From NCBI GenBank assembly GCA_001781125.1, contig MFKT01000029.1:4040-68039 (forward strand): a stretch of DNA of 64,000 nucleotides, written 5' to 3'. Made by a program: the position numbers and the translations under genes. Under the pieces are notes generated by a model. The model did not search any database, had not been told where the DNA came from, and worked only from the letters and a program-made list of their open reading frames with translations. Origin of the DNA: Candidatus Kaiserbacteria bacterium RIFCSPHIGHO2_01_FULL_53_29 (GTDB lineage: Bacteria; Patescibacteriota; Minisyncoccia; Phycocordibacterales; UBA2100). Within the stretch, counting starts at the first letter, position 1, and each line of letters starts with the position of its first letter. Positions 19,317 through 28,508 of this stretch are shown here, piece by piece.

Positions 19317-19919
19317 ATGAGTCCCGAACAACTCACGCAACTCATCGTCGATTACCGCTACTGGATACTCGTTCCCCTTTCAATAATCGAGGGTCCGGTC
19401 GTCGCCTTTGTGGCGGGCACACTTGCCTCTCTCGGATATTTCAACATCTATGTGCTCCTGCTCTTTTTCTTCGCGCGCGACATGATCATGGACGCTTTCT
19501 ACTACGCGCTTGGCTACTACGGCGGCCGCACCGCAACAGCGCAGAAATTGCTTCGAAAGATCGGGGTCAGAGAAGACCACCTCGACGACATCCGCAAGCT
19601 CTGGGAGAAAAATGCGGGTAAGACGATGTTCCTCGGCAAGCTCTCCTATGGAATCGCATCGAGCTTCATCGCGCTCGCGGGGACCGTACGAATGCCGCTC
19701 AAGAAATTCTTCGGCTGGGGAGCGGTGGTGGCGATAGTGCAATTTTGGGGTCTCATATTCTTGGGCTACTTTTTCGGTGAATCCTTCGGCAGTATCGAGA
19801 ACGTCATTAACGGCATCCACTATGTGATACTCGGTATTACCATCGTAGGCATTCTCTACTACATCCTCACGCGCTATATGCGCAAGGAGCTCACCCGCGA
19901 AGCGAGCGGCGAGAAATAA
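19317..19919 (+). CDS. DedA/SNARE-associated (VTT domain) membrane protein
   Basis: characteristic DedA re-entrant pattern (GPVVAFVAGTLASLGYFNIYVLL...KFFGWGAV). Confidence 0.7.
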   Translation: MSPEQLTQLIVDYRYWILVPLSIIEGPVVAFVAGTLASLGYFNIYVLLLFFFARDMIMDAFYYALGYYGGRTATAQKLLRKIGVREDHLDDIRKLWEKNAGKTMFLGKLSYGIASSFIALAGTVRMPLKKFFGWGAVVAIVQFWGLIFLGYFFGESFGSIENVINGIHYVILGITIVGILYYILTRYMRKELTREASGEK

Positions 19920-19943
19920 CGTGGGAATCAGGAGAACCGCAAG

Positions 19944-19972
19944 TTGACATGTGTGCAATAAAATGCTATTAT
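19944..19972 (+). promoter_or_regulatory. sigma70-like promoter (TTGACA-17-TATTAT) upstream of 20083 gene
   Basis: perfect -35 hexamer, 17 nt spacer, near-consensus -10; GGAGG RBS before GTG at 20083. Confidence 0.4.
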
Positions 19973-20082
19973 TATAGGCCTTTTCTCTAGTTTTCTGCGC
20001 GTCAAAATGCTGCGGAGGAAACTGGAGGAAAGCTTGTTCCTTCAGTCATCAACCCCAGATCCACAACTGACAGGAGGGCGTC

Positions 20083-20709
20083 GTGCGCCGACACTTTCTT
20101 CTCTATCTCGCCTGCCTGACGGTCTACGTCCTCACGACTTCCGTGGGAGCGTACAAAGAGGGCTACGCCTTCGCCTATCAGGTACTGGAACTCTCGGATC
20201 CGCCGCAAAAGTTCCTCACCTTCTGGGGAAATGCGGCGAACTGGAGTGATCTCTTCATCGTGAATGTCGTACTCGCATACGTGCTGAGTACGCATACACG
20301 GTCGTGGTCGCTCAAGCGGTTCGTGCCGATCTTCACGGTCGTCGCGATCGTCGGCATCTTCGGCTACCTCGAGCCGCTGCTCAAGGATAGCCTCACGACA
20401 CCGTCGGCGTTTTTCCGCGAAGGACGTGCGTCGATTGCTGGAGTGACGCATCAGATATATTGGACCGTTGGGGTTTCGATCTCACTGTCCTATTATCTGC
20501 TCACTCCACGTAAAGGCGTGGCTACGCGGGAGGTCGTCACCATTACGGCGCTGCTCATGGTGCATCACGCGATCAGCGTAATGCACCCGCCGTATGCCGT
20601 GCACGGAAGCGTGCATTGGCCGGCGATATGGGCAACCACCGCCGGGTGGATCGTACTGCCGCTGCTTGCGGCCTATCGTGCTGGTCTTGGATCAGTGGCC
20701 CGCCGGTAG
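20083..20709 (+). CDS. hypothetical membrane protein, paralog A of tandem pair
   Basis: shares TFxGNAxNW, LLxDSxTTPSAxFR, VTxTALLM, VHG blocks with 20939..21538. Confidence 0.55.
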   Translation: MRRHFLLYLACLTVYVLTTSVGAYKEGYAFAYQVLELSDPPQKFLTFWGNAANWSDLFIVNVVLAYVLSTHTRSWSLKRFVPIFTVVAIVGIFGYLEPLLKDSLTTPSAFFREGRASIAGVTHQIYWTVGVSISLSYYLLTPRKGVATREVVTITALLMVHHAISVMHPPYAVHGSVHWPAIWATTAGWIVLPLLAAYRAGLGSVARR

Positions 20710-20744
20710 ACAGGTTTGCGGCCTGAGAACTCGCACAACAAAAA

Positions 20745-20782
20745 AGCCCGTCCGGTTTCTTCAACCGGACGGGCCTTCGTTT
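20745..20782 (+). terminator. rho-independent terminator
   Basis: GCCCGTCCGGTT-tcttc-AACCGGACGGGC 12 bp stem followed by CTTCGTTTTG. Confidence 0.65.
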
Positions 20783-20938
20783 TGAGCCCGAAGATACCGC
20801 GCTTGACATGATGGCTAGAAAATGCCACTATTTTTTCACTTTCGTCCCGGCGCATCCCCGTAGGATGTGGAAAATATCTGGAGGAAGGTAGTTCTTTCAG
20901 ATTCCGGTTCAATGCTACCCAACTGAAGGAGTTCCTCG

Positions 20939-21538
20939 ATGAACATGTGGCTGCTGTTATCCGAAATCAGCATGTTGCTCATCTTTCGGATCGCGTTGAG
21001 CGACAAGTACGCGTTCGATGGTCAGGTACGTGAACAACCGAACCCGCCGAGAACGTATCTGACGTTCCTCGGCAACGCCACCAACTGGTTGGCCTTTTTC
21101 GTCGCGAATCCGCTCGCGGCGGTGCTCATTGAGTGGCATGCGAGCTCGTGGCGAGCGGCGGACTTGGGTATCATCTCGGGCATCGTCTTCGTGGTTGGGC
21201 TCCTGATGATCATCCCGCTTCTCCAAGACAGCAAGACGACGCCTTCCGCGTATTTTCGAAACGGATGGCTGACGCAAGCTGGGGCGATCTACCAACTCGT
21301 GGTGTGGCCCTACCAAGTCTCGGTCTTCGTCGCGTTCTACGTGCTGACACCTGCGGCTCAGGTTACGACGGCAGAGGGCGTAATCGTCACAGCGCTCCTG
21401 CTCATGACCTGGGGCGTGAGCACGTTGCAGCCTCCGAAAAAGGTGCATGGCGAGACCAACGGAATGGCCTGGGCGGGCGCGATCGCAGGTTGGATCGTCA
21501 TCGTGGTGGGCGTCGTCTACCAGCTCAAGTTCGCTTGA
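20939..21538 (+). CDS. hypothetical membrane protein, paralog B of tandem pair
   Basis: AAGGAG RBS; paralogous to 20083..20709. Confidence 0.55.
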   Translation: MNMWLLLSEISMLLIFRIALSDKYAFDGQVREQPNPPRTYLTFLGNATNWLAFFVANPLAAVLIEWHASSWRAADLGIISGIVFVVGLLMIIPLLQDSKTTPSAYFRNGWLTQAGAIYQLVVWPYQVSVFVAFYVLTPAAQVTTAEGVIVTALLLMTWGVSTLQPPKKVHGETNGMAWAGAIAGWIVIVVGVVYQLKFA

Positions 21539-21622
21539 TACGAAGACAAGCCGGCCTAGCCGTCTTGTCGAGGAAGAACTGCCTTACCGCACTTCTCCCT
21601 CGGCGAGGCGGCTCTTTCTTTT

Positions 21623-22345
21623 TTATGACCGCTTGAGGTCGTGATGACCGGGAGTGTAGGGGCGGTGGAAGAGGACCGGCCACCAATAGTTGATCATGTA
21701 TTTGAGGCACATCTGGGCAAGACCCTCTTGATCGAAACGCCGCGCCGATGAGTAGTTGTTGAATCGCATGCGCCATAATGTTTTACCGACCGTGTGGAAA
21801 CGGCGCGCGAGGTCGGTATCGTCGCCGTAAAACGCGAGTGCGCGATCGTGTCCGCCGATTTTTTTGAGCGCGTCGGCGCGCATCGCGCAATTGCCCGCGT
21901 TGCCTATATAGCCGACGATCCAGTACACCGGTGGAGTGAACCACCAGATAGCATCTAGAAGCCATGCGGGATAACGGCCGCTTTCGTGGCGATGATACCG
22001 ATACGCACCGCTTAGAAATACGACCTTCGGATCGCGCTCGAAGGTGCGTTCGATGTACTCTACCCAGCCCTCGGGTATGAGCGCGTCTGCATCGATGTAC
22101 GCGAGGATCTCTCCGCTTGCGTGTTCGGCGCCCGTCTGCCGTGCGTGGCCAGTGCCTTTGCGCATTTCCGTAACAACGCGAACTCCGGGATATCGGCTCG
22201 CAACTTCTACAGTTTTATCGGTTGAGGCATTGTTGACGACGATGATCTCTTTGAATTTTCCGTGCGAATTTTCTATCGCGGTATCAAGGCACAGACCGAT
22301 CGAGGCCTCTTCGTTGTACGCAGGGATGACGAGGGAGATGTCCAT
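21623..22345 (-). CDS. family 2 glycosyltransferase
   Basis: VIPAYNEE...DAD motifs; ORF 21623..22483 trimmed because its first 46 codons are the antisense of tRNA-His. Confidence 0.75.
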   Translation of the reverse strand: MDISLVIPAYNEEASIGLCLDTAIENSHGKFKEIIVVNNASTDKTVEVASRYPGVRVVTEMRKGTGHARQTGAEHASGEILAYIDADALIPEGWVEYIERTFERDPKVVFLSGAYRYHRHESGRYPAWLLDAIWWFTPPVYWIVGYIGNAGNCAMRADALKKIGGHDRALAFYGDDTDLARRFHTVGKTLWRMRFNNYSSARRFDQEGLAQMCLKYMINYWWPVLFHRPYTPGHHDLKRS

Positions 22346-22407
22346 ATCATCCGTAGTATATCCTCTTTGGGCGATCGTCGAGAGTTGAACTCGAATCGAG
22401 ATTTCGG

Positions 22408-22481
22408 GGTGATCGACGGGGATCGAACCCGTAACCGCCAGATCCACAATCTGGAGCTCTACCAATTGAGCTACGACCACC
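22408..22481 (-). tRNA. tRNA-His (GTG)
   Basis: cloverleaf read by eye: extra G-1 pairing with C73, D-stem GCTC/GAGC, anticodon loop TTGTGGA, T-arm ACGGG-TTCGATC-CCCGT. Confidence 0.85.
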
Positions 22482-22482
22482 A

Positions 22483-22989
22483 TCAGGACCGTGGTTTCAA
22501 TAAACCACGTTCACGCCCCACATCATAATGGTGAACGAGAAAATGGCAATTGTGACAGAGCCATGCGAGGTTGTCTGCTGCATTGTTGGTACGGTCGCGG
22601 TCGATATGATGGACGGCGAGAACACGAGTGTCTACGGTGCGACAAACTTCGCATACTTTTTCTTTACCCGAGCGCCTCAACGCACTCCTGCTTGCAGCGC
22701 TTGAACGTCCGTGTTTCCAACTTTTATGATTTGGGCCAGCGTAAACCTGATTCCGCCAAACTGTTTGACACGACTTATCGCAAAAATAATTTTTTGTCTT
22801 TGCTACTCGAAGTGAGCGCAGTTTTCGGTATACCTCCTTCCCACACGTGCCGCAGTGAACGACTTTGCCAGTTTTCATTGACCGGAAGTGGCACGTGTTC
22901 GAGCAAAATCTGCCCTGGCCGCGTCGAATGAAGTACGGTTTTGTTTGAAATTCTTTGCCGCAAAGTACGCACTTTCTCAGCACTGCCAT
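22483..22989 (-). CDS. HNH endonuclease with Cys-rich N-terminal zinc-finger-like region
   Basis: C-terminal HHIDRDRTNNAADNLAWLCHNCHFLVHH HNH motif; 4 CxxC pairs N-terminally; stop abuts tRNA-His. Confidence 0.7.
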   Translation of the reverse strand: MAVLRKCVLCGKEFQTKPYFIRRGQGRFCSNTCHFRSMKTGKVVHCGTCGKEVYRKLRSLRVAKTKNYFCDKSCQTVWRNQVYAGPNHKSWKHGRSSAASRSALRRSGKEKVCEVCRTVDTRVLAVHHIDRDRTNNAADNLAWLCHNCHFLVHHYDVGRERGLLKPRS

Positions 22990-23093
22990 GCCTTAATTAT
23001 AAATAGGCAACCTTCAAAGTAAAGGCAGCCGCTTGTGGATTGTCATCCAGAACCTCCGGTGACAACCAGATCTTCAAGTGCGAGCAGTGTATT

Positions 23094-24197
23094 TTATTTG
23101 GTGGTCTCAACTACTGGAGTCGGGGTCGCGCCGTCAATGACGGTGAATGAGATCCGCCCAATGAGCTGACCGTGTAGCGTGATGACGTTGACGCGCCATC
23201 TTCCGGCTGTCGGATCTGTTTTTATCGAATACCCGCGATATCCCCCGTCGCGCCCACCGAGAATAGAAAAACGAAGCGTGTCGGTCGTTACCCACCGCTT
23301 CGTCGGCACGTCGTAGCGCTGCCACTCATGGAGAACGAGGGTGGAAAGTCCTGAGGGCGCAAAGATAGCGCTGTAAGCGTAGGCGCTTTCCCCCGGCGCA
23401 TGGTGGAAGAGCGTGTTGTAGCGCAGGTATGCCTCATACCACGGCACCGGCTCCGCAAGAAGGTGGTAGCTGCCATCTGCTGCGCGCGCGACATTGTGAT
23501 AGACACCTGCGTCTTTGAGTGCCAGCGGCAAAGGGGGGATGAGGTTTGAGAAATAGAGGATGTTGAACGCAATAAAAATAATCGCGATCGCGCGGGCGAC
23601 GGTCGTTCGGTTGGCACGGACGAGCTCCGGCACAAGCGCGAAAAGAAGATAGAGAAACGCGGAAACGACCGCGAGGCTTATGACGCCGCTCAAGACGAAC
23701 ATGTACGGACCGATCGCGTGAAAGACGACTGGCAGGAAGAAAATAAAGAACGACATGAGCACGATGAAGAATATGCTCATTTGGAATGAGAAGCGCATGT
23801 AGAAGCGCACGAATCGTTCATTGCCCAAAAGTAAGGCGGCCAAGAGCAACACAAAGACAGCGCTTCCGGCGAAGGCGGCGCTCCGGCTGTAGAGCGAGAG
23901 ATAGCCCGAGAAAAGTCCCCCGAACGCGAACTGCGCAACAACGGGGATCAGAGGAGTTATTTTCAGGATCCACGGGTGCCGCAGGCGACCCGTTTCGATA
24001 AGATTCATCGCCACGATACTTCCTGCTGCGATCACAAGATAGGAAAAGAGGAGCAGATTTCCTGTCCATAGATCGACGCGACGCAAAAGAACAAAATAGT
24101 CCAAAAGAAGCGCTGCAATAAGAGCGGGCGGCGATAGGTAGCGCATGTACCAGTGCGCGAGCTCCTCGACACTTTTCGGAAGGTACCGGCGAATCAC
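23094..24197 (-). CDS. hypothetical polytopic membrane protein with C-terminal extracytoplasmic beta domain
   Basis: ~8 TM helices then soluble 130 aa tail; no motif recognised. Confidence 0.45.
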   Translation of the reverse strand: MIRRYLPKSVEELAHWYMRYLSPPALIAALLLDYFVLLRRVDLWTGNLLLFSYLVIAAGSIVAMNLIETGRLRHPWILKITPLIPVVAQFAFGGLFSGYLSLYSRSAAFAGSAVFVLLLAALLLGNERFVRFYMRFSFQMSIFFIVLMSFFIFFLPVVFHAIGPYMFVLSGVISLAVVSAFLYLLFALVPELVRANRTTVARAIAIIFIAFNILYFSNLIPPLPLALKDAGVYHNVARAADGSYHLLAEPVPWYEAYLRYNTLFHHAPGESAYAYSAIFAPSGLSTLVLHEWQRYDVPTKRWVTTDTLRFSILGGRDGGYRGYSIKTDPTAGRWRVNVITLHGQLIGRISFTVIDGATPTPVVETTK

Positions 24198-24225
24198 ACC
24201 TCAATGATACTGCAAAAGATTTTTT

Positions 24226-24306
24226 TGCGCAGGGGGGGACTCGAACCCCCAAGCCGTAAGGCATACGCCCCTCGAACGTACGTGTATACCATTCCACCAC
24301 CTGCGC
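24226..24306 (-). tRNA. tRNA-Leu (class II; anticodon read as GAG)
   Basis: long variable arm, A73, T-arm GGGGG-TTCGAGT-CCCCC; anticodon loop TCGAGGG (C33 unusual), so anticodon assignment tentative. Confidence 0.6.
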
Positions 24307-24376
24307 ATTACAGATGCTCGCCTACTATAGCTAACATCTTCACTACCTTCAAATGCTTGCGTGAAAGATTGACGCA

Positions 24377-24814
24377 TTATTCGCTTTTCACTTCCGCTTC
24401 CGGCTCAATGACCACCGGCACTTCCTCCTTCGCAACGACTTTCGTCACTCCAGACACATTCACCATCATGCGCGTACGGCGAAGTTGTCTGCGCGCTTCG
24501 CGCGCAACTTTATCACGGATGAAATACAGCTTTGCGCGCCGCACGCGGGAACGTTTCACGATCTCGATTTTGTCTATCATGGGAGAATAGAGCGGGAATA
24601 TCTTCTCGACACCCACACCGCTTGCCACACGCCGCACGGTGAATGTGCCGCCCGCTTCGAGCCCATGTTTGCGGGCAAGAACCAATCCTTCAAACGCCTG
24701 AAGGCGCGTCTTCCCTTTTTCCTCGATCTTCTGCCAGACGCGCACGGTATCCCCCGGCCGGAGGTCGAGATTTTTGCGCGCGTCCATGTCTATTGGTGAA
24801 GTCTTGATTGTCAT
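24377..24814 (-). CDS. rplS: 50S ribosomal protein L19
   Basis: LRPGDTVRV...QAFEGLVLARK...GVGVEKIFPLYSP...RRAKLYFIRD conserved L19 blocks. Confidence 0.9.
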   Translation of the reverse strand: MTIKTSPIDMDARKNLDLRPGDTVRVWQKIEEKGKTRLQAFEGLVLARKHGLEAGGTFTVRRVASGVGVEKIFPLYSPMIDKIEIVKRSRVRRAKLYFIRDKVAREARRQLRRTRMMVNVSGVTKVVAKEEVPVVIEPEAEVKSE

Positions 24815-24942
24815 ACAAAATTTGTCGCGCCTGCCTGCCGAAGCCTTGGCGCAGGCAGGGCACTATACCATTCACACCGTCAGAAAACAACTTCCGATAA
24901 AGTGCGGAGTGCTTGAATTAGCGCGGACCAACACCACCGCTT

Positions 24943-25016
24943 TGCGCGCTGAGGGATTCGAACCCCCGACCCTCTCAGTGTAAATGAGATGCTCTAACCA
25001 ACTGAGCTAAGCGCGC
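24943..25016 (-). tRNA. tRNA-Val (TAC)
   Basis: GCGCGCT acceptor, D-arm GCTC-AGTTGGTTA-GAGC, anticodon loop TTTACAC, A73. Confidence 0.85.
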
Positions 25017-25019
25017 ATA

Positions 25020-25091
25020 TGCCCTCGGTTGGAATCGAACCAACATTGACGGCTTAGAAGTCCGCAGTTCTGTCCATTGAACTACGAGGGC
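25020..25091 (-). tRNA. tRNA-Arg (TCT), anticodon stem with mismatches
   Basis: good acceptor/D/T arms, loop CTTCTAA; anticodon stem only 4 pairs incl. G-T. Confidence 0.55.
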
Positions 25092-25129
25092 GATGCGCTT
25101 CCCAATCCTAGCTGCGCAACACGTTATGG

Positions 25130-25471
25130 TCAACGCGACGGGTCCGATATTCCCGCTGATGGATTCTTTCGTAGTGCATCGAACTGCACCTGCCGCGTTT
25201 CAAATCCCTGAATTACCTTGTTGAGGGCCGCGCGATCGAGGGCAGGTGGGGGCGGAGCGGATGTATCCAAGGATGCCGAGAGTGCATTCAGTACATTCAG
25301 CAGATCCCATACGCCGTAGAAAATGACGAGTGTGATGATACAAAACGCGATAGAAAGAAGGCCGCGCCAGTAGAGATCGGCGAGCGAGCGTAGCGACTCG
25401 GGCTCATGCCGATTTGCTAGCATTTCGCGTACACCTTTCATTGTGTCGGGGCCGAATTTCATATTCATCAT
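25130..25471 (-). CDS. hypothetical small membrane protein in pilM-N cluster
   Basis: one TM helix; operonic with pilM/N-like genes. Confidence 0.4.
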   Translation of the reverse strand: MMNMKFGPDTMKGVREMLANRHEPESLRSLADLYWRGLLSIAFCIITLVIFYGVWDLLNVLNALSASLDTSAPPPPALDRAALNKVIQGFETRQVQFDALRKNPSAGISDPSR

Positions 25472-25475
25472 TGAC

Positions 25476-26030
25476 TTAAGAAGAGATGTCCGCAGTGGTT
25501 AAGACTCTGATAGAGGCATTCATATGCCACAAAGTTGCCGGGCCTGAAGGAGTCGGGTTTGGCGCATGCTCGATGTCGAGGCTCTTCAGGGTCGAGGGAA
25601 TGGGAAGTGTCTCGAACATATGCGCGACGCGCATAAGTGCGGCAAACGATCCTTGCGCCTGGACATTGAATCCGATCACCTTGATCGGAGTGCCTCCGGC
25701 TATACCAGCTCCCCCACTTTCGGGCAGGGCACTGCTCAATGTTACCGCAGCACCGCCTGCTTTCCCGACACCTTCGATCATGTCAACGATCGAACTCACG
25801 TCGATATCAAGAAGCTCTCCAAGCTGTGTACGCTCCCGTGCCGTACCAAGAGCAAGCGCGCGTGTGCGGATCGCCGAAGCTTCTTTGGTCGATGATTTTT
25901 GGGCGTTTTCTATCTGTGTGGCAATATCGTGCTCACTTCCCGCAATACTCCATGCGAAAAATCCGACCATGGCCCAAGCGAGAAGGACTGCTCCGAGCGC
26001 AAACCATTGTACGAAGGAGTGGTGTCTCAT
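25476..26030 (-). CDS. hypothetical membrane-anchored protein (PilO-like position)
   Basis: N-terminal TM anchor, operon position after pilN-like gene. Confidence 0.4.
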   Translation of the reverse strand: MRHHSFVQWFALGAVLLAWAMVGFFAWSIAGSEHDIATQIENAQKSSTKEASAIRTRALALGTARERTQLGELLDIDVSSIVDMIEGVGKAGGAAVTLSSALPESGGAGIAGGTPIKVIGFNVQAQGSFAALMRVAHMFETLPIPSTLKSLDIEHAPNPTPSGPATLWHMNASIRVLTTADISS

Positions 26031-26031
26031 G

Positions 26032-26556
26032 TTAGAGATCCTTAGCGAGTACTAGGGTGACAGAAAATTGTCCGCCGACGGCTCCCGCAAGATCGCCCAC
26101 GGGGACCGAAACCGACTTCCAATGCGGATCGCTCTGAAGCGCCTGACGATATGCATTGATAGCTTCGCGCGCCGCAGAACCAACTATCATGATAGTGCTT
26201 GGACTTCCCGAAGTGTAGCTGACATGGTCGACCGTAACATGGGCGGGGCGCAGAGAGAGCGCAAGAGCGATCGTTTCTGTGGGAGTCGTTGTCGCCGCAA
26301 GAAGCGGGGAGAGTGCGGCAAGCAATGACTGCGTGTGAATGATCCCCTCCCGATCCGCCTGATCCACGCTGCCGCGCGAGGAGATCTCGGGAGATGAGTC
26401 CCTCTGCCCAACCTGAAGGGCAAGGTACGTCGGCAAAAGTGCAAGGCCCGAAAGCGCCGCAGCAGCAAGCCCCACGAGTGAGCCCGCGACGACGAATCGC
26501 GCCCGATACATGCCCCATACAACTTTTTGCGCTTCGTGTGGAAGGACGTTGCTCAT
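26032..26556 (-). CDS. PilN-like pilus assembly protein (hypothetical)
   Basis: ORF 26032..26742 trimmed at internal Met to clear pilM; N-terminal TM anchor. Confidence 0.4.
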   Translation of the reverse strand: MSNVLPHEAQKVVWGMYRARFVVAGSLVGLAAAALSGLALLPTYLALQVGQRDSSPEISSRGSVDQADREGIIHTQSLLAALSPLLAATTTPTETIALALSLRPAHVTVDHVSYTSGSPSTIMIVGSAAREAINAYRQALQSDPHWKSVSVPVGDLAGAVGGQFSVTLVLAKDL

Positions 26557-26578
26557 AAGAAGTTGTGATCCACTTCGT

Positions 26579-27703
26579 TCATACAATTTCCAAAGACCGC
26601 AACGCGAGTCCTGCGGCGGTGGCGTATTGAAGCGATGTCCGACGATTGATAGGAGGAATGTACTGATCGAATGTACAAATATGTTGCCAGATATCTCCGA
26701 TTGTGGTTGGCGCTTGTACGCGCCCCGCAATGTAATCCGCAAGACCGTTCAGATTTGAGCTGCCCCCGACCAAGATCACAGCCCCCACGGGCGTCATGCG
26801 ATCGCCCCGTTCATTTCTGCGCGTGTCCCAGTAGTGATAATGGCGCGTGACCTCATCCGCAAGTGCAGAAGCAATTCCCATGATCGCGTCGAGGCCGGGA
26901 GATTTGGTGCCGCCCTCGGGGAGAAGTCCCTGATCGTTGCGAAAGGCCATGGCAGATTCAGCGGACATGGAAAGCTTCTCCATCAGCGCACGAGTGATCC
27001 CGTCGCCTCCCACCTCGACCGTCGATGTGAAAATAGGAATACCGCGCTTGAGGACCGCAAAGCCGGTGCGCGCCCGCCCGAAATCCACGAGCAACGTGAC
27101 GGGCTCATCGGATTTTCCTGATGAGACGGTGCGCGCGATGGAGCGCGCTTCGATCTCAAGCGAAAGAAGTCCGATGCCTGCCGCACCGAATGCGGCAATG
27201 TAATTTTCAGCGAGTTCGCGGGGAAAGACCGCAACGCCGATCTCTTGTCCTTCCCCTTCGTCACGCTCTTCTATGACATCAAAATCAAAGATCGCCGCGG
27301 AAGGCGCGATCGGGACCCGGCCTTCAAATCCGAATTCGATCATCTGCAACACGTCCTCGCGGGTCGTGGCATCCGGTACATGCATCTCGAAAACGTATGC
27401 GGCTTCCTCGGGAAGCGCTGCGTGTGCATACTCGACCCCTCCGAGATTTTTCTTGACTCTGTTGAGAGATTGCGCAAGCGCAGGAATATCTTTGATCGTT
27501 CCATTGACGACGACACCCTCGTGCAGAGGCTCTTCTCCGTATGTTTGCACGCGATACGCGTTGCTGGATGGCGAGAGGACAAGCCATTTGATCGATGCAT
27601 CAGAAATATCGATGCCGGCAGCACGGGGAAAGAGCCGTACGGGTGTCGGGAACCACCGCGCGAGCGCGTTTGAAAAGTTATGCAATCCGCCTGAAAGCTG
27701 CAT
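26579..27703 (-). CDS. pilM: type IV pilus assembly protein PilM (actin-like ATPase fold)
   Basis: GIDISDASIKWLVL start, DFG.A.TGFAV, ILVGGSSNLNGL motifs typical of PilM. Confidence 0.75.
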   Translation of the reverse strand: MQLSGGLHNFSNALARWFPTPVRLFPRAAGIDISDASIKWLVLSPSSNAYRVQTYGEEPLHEGVVVNGTIKDIPALAQSLNRVKKNLGGVEYAHAALPEEAAYVFEMHVPDATTREDVLQMIEFGFEGRVPIAPSAAIFDFDVIEERDEGEGQEIGVAVFPRELAENYIAAFGAAGIGLLSLEIEARSIARTVSSGKSDEPVTLLVDFGRARTGFAVLKRGIPIFTSTVEVGGDGITRALMEKLSMSAESAMAFRNDQGLLPEGGTKSPGLDAIMGIASALADEVTRHYHYWDTRRNERGDRMTPVGAVILVGGSSNLNGLADYIAGRVQAPTTIGDIWQHICTFDQYIPPINRRTSLQYATAAGLALRSLEIV

Positions 27704-27733
27704 TCTCTGAATTATAGCGCATCTGCAGGCTCG

Positions 27734-28108
27734 CTATTTTAATTTTGAACCATTGGGAAGTTGGCGTTCCGGCACAAGAAGAACTACGCCGCTCTCATCG
27801 CTTGCCCCGTTAGAGGCATCGCCTCTAACGGGGCTTGCCGCGAGCAACATCCCCTGGCTTTCTACTCCGCGCAAGCTCCGCGGAGCGAGGTTTACGATGT
27901 AGGGAAGCTGTCTGCCGACTAATTCTTCAGGTTTTTTCCATTGTGCGATGCCGGAAACTATTGTGCGTTGCCCCAACTCTCCAAAATCTACCGTGCATTT
28001 GATGAGTTTGTCGGTCTCGGGCACGAGCTCTGCCGCTACAACAGTCCCCATCCGTATATCGAGCTTCGCAAAATCATCGTATTGAATTTCTGGCATTTGT
28101 TCTCCCAT
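27734..28108 (-). CDS. stand-alone tRNA-binding protein (CsaA/EMAP-II-like OB fold)
   Basis: KLDIRMGTVV...LRGVESQGMLLAA...VVLLVPER...PNGSKL resembles MetRS C-terminal/CsaA domain; contains in-frame palindrome insert. Confidence 0.7.
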   Translation of the reverse strand: MGEQMPEIQYDDFAKLDIRMGTVVAAELVPETDKLIKCTVDFGELGQRTIVSGIAQWKKPEELVGRQLPYIVNLAPRSLRGVESQGMLLAASPVRGDASNGASDESGVVLLVPERQLPNGSKLK

Positions 28109-28112
28109 GTGA

Positions 28113-28508
28113 CTACTCTACCTCACCGCCTTTCATTTCTAAATACCTCTGGAGGATAATCGCTGCAGCGGCACCATCGTCGTGGGCCTTATTCTCCGGC
28201 GCGTAGCGCGAAGCTTCGATCGAGCTCCACATTTCTGACGCGAATTCGATCGGTACGGACGTCGCTTTTGTGAGTTCTTCGACGAACGCCTGCGCCTCGA
28301 ACGTAATCGGGTTTTCTGCGCCACCGGAGGCGCGCGTGTCACCAACAACGATTCTGCCAATTTTTTCATTTTGAATGAGTTTCAGGAGACCCGACAAAAG
28401 TTTATCGTCATTCGTCACGGTCGTACGCGGGAATGCGATCTTCCCTTCGGCATCAGAGACCGCAACCCCTACGCGCTTCCTTCCGTAATCAATACCGAGG
28501 TATTTCAT
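28113..28508 (-). CDS. ruvX: Holliday junction resolvase-like protein RuvX/YqgF
   Basis: [19 protein letters not shown] RNase H-like start, conserved acidic residues. Confidence 0.8.
   Translation of the reverse strand: MKYLGIDYGRKRVGVAVSDAEGKIAFPRTTVTNDDKLLSGLLKLIQNEKIGRIVVGDTRASGGAENPITFEAQAFVEELTKATSVPIEFASEMWSSIEASRYAPENKAHDDGAAAAIILQRYLEMKGGEVE

Noticed and set aside
21623-22483. N-terminal 46 codons of the glycosyltransferase ORF (MVVVAQLVELQIVDLAVTGSIPVDHP...)
   Set aside because: This stretch is the antisense translation of tRNA-His (the GSIPV pattern comes from the T-arm); the real start is the downstream ATG at 22345.
23818-24300. 160-aa ORF on the minus strand and the plus-strand ORF 24153..24590
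   Set aside because: They overlap tRNA-Leu and lie antisense to or interleaved with rplS; no protein-like composition.
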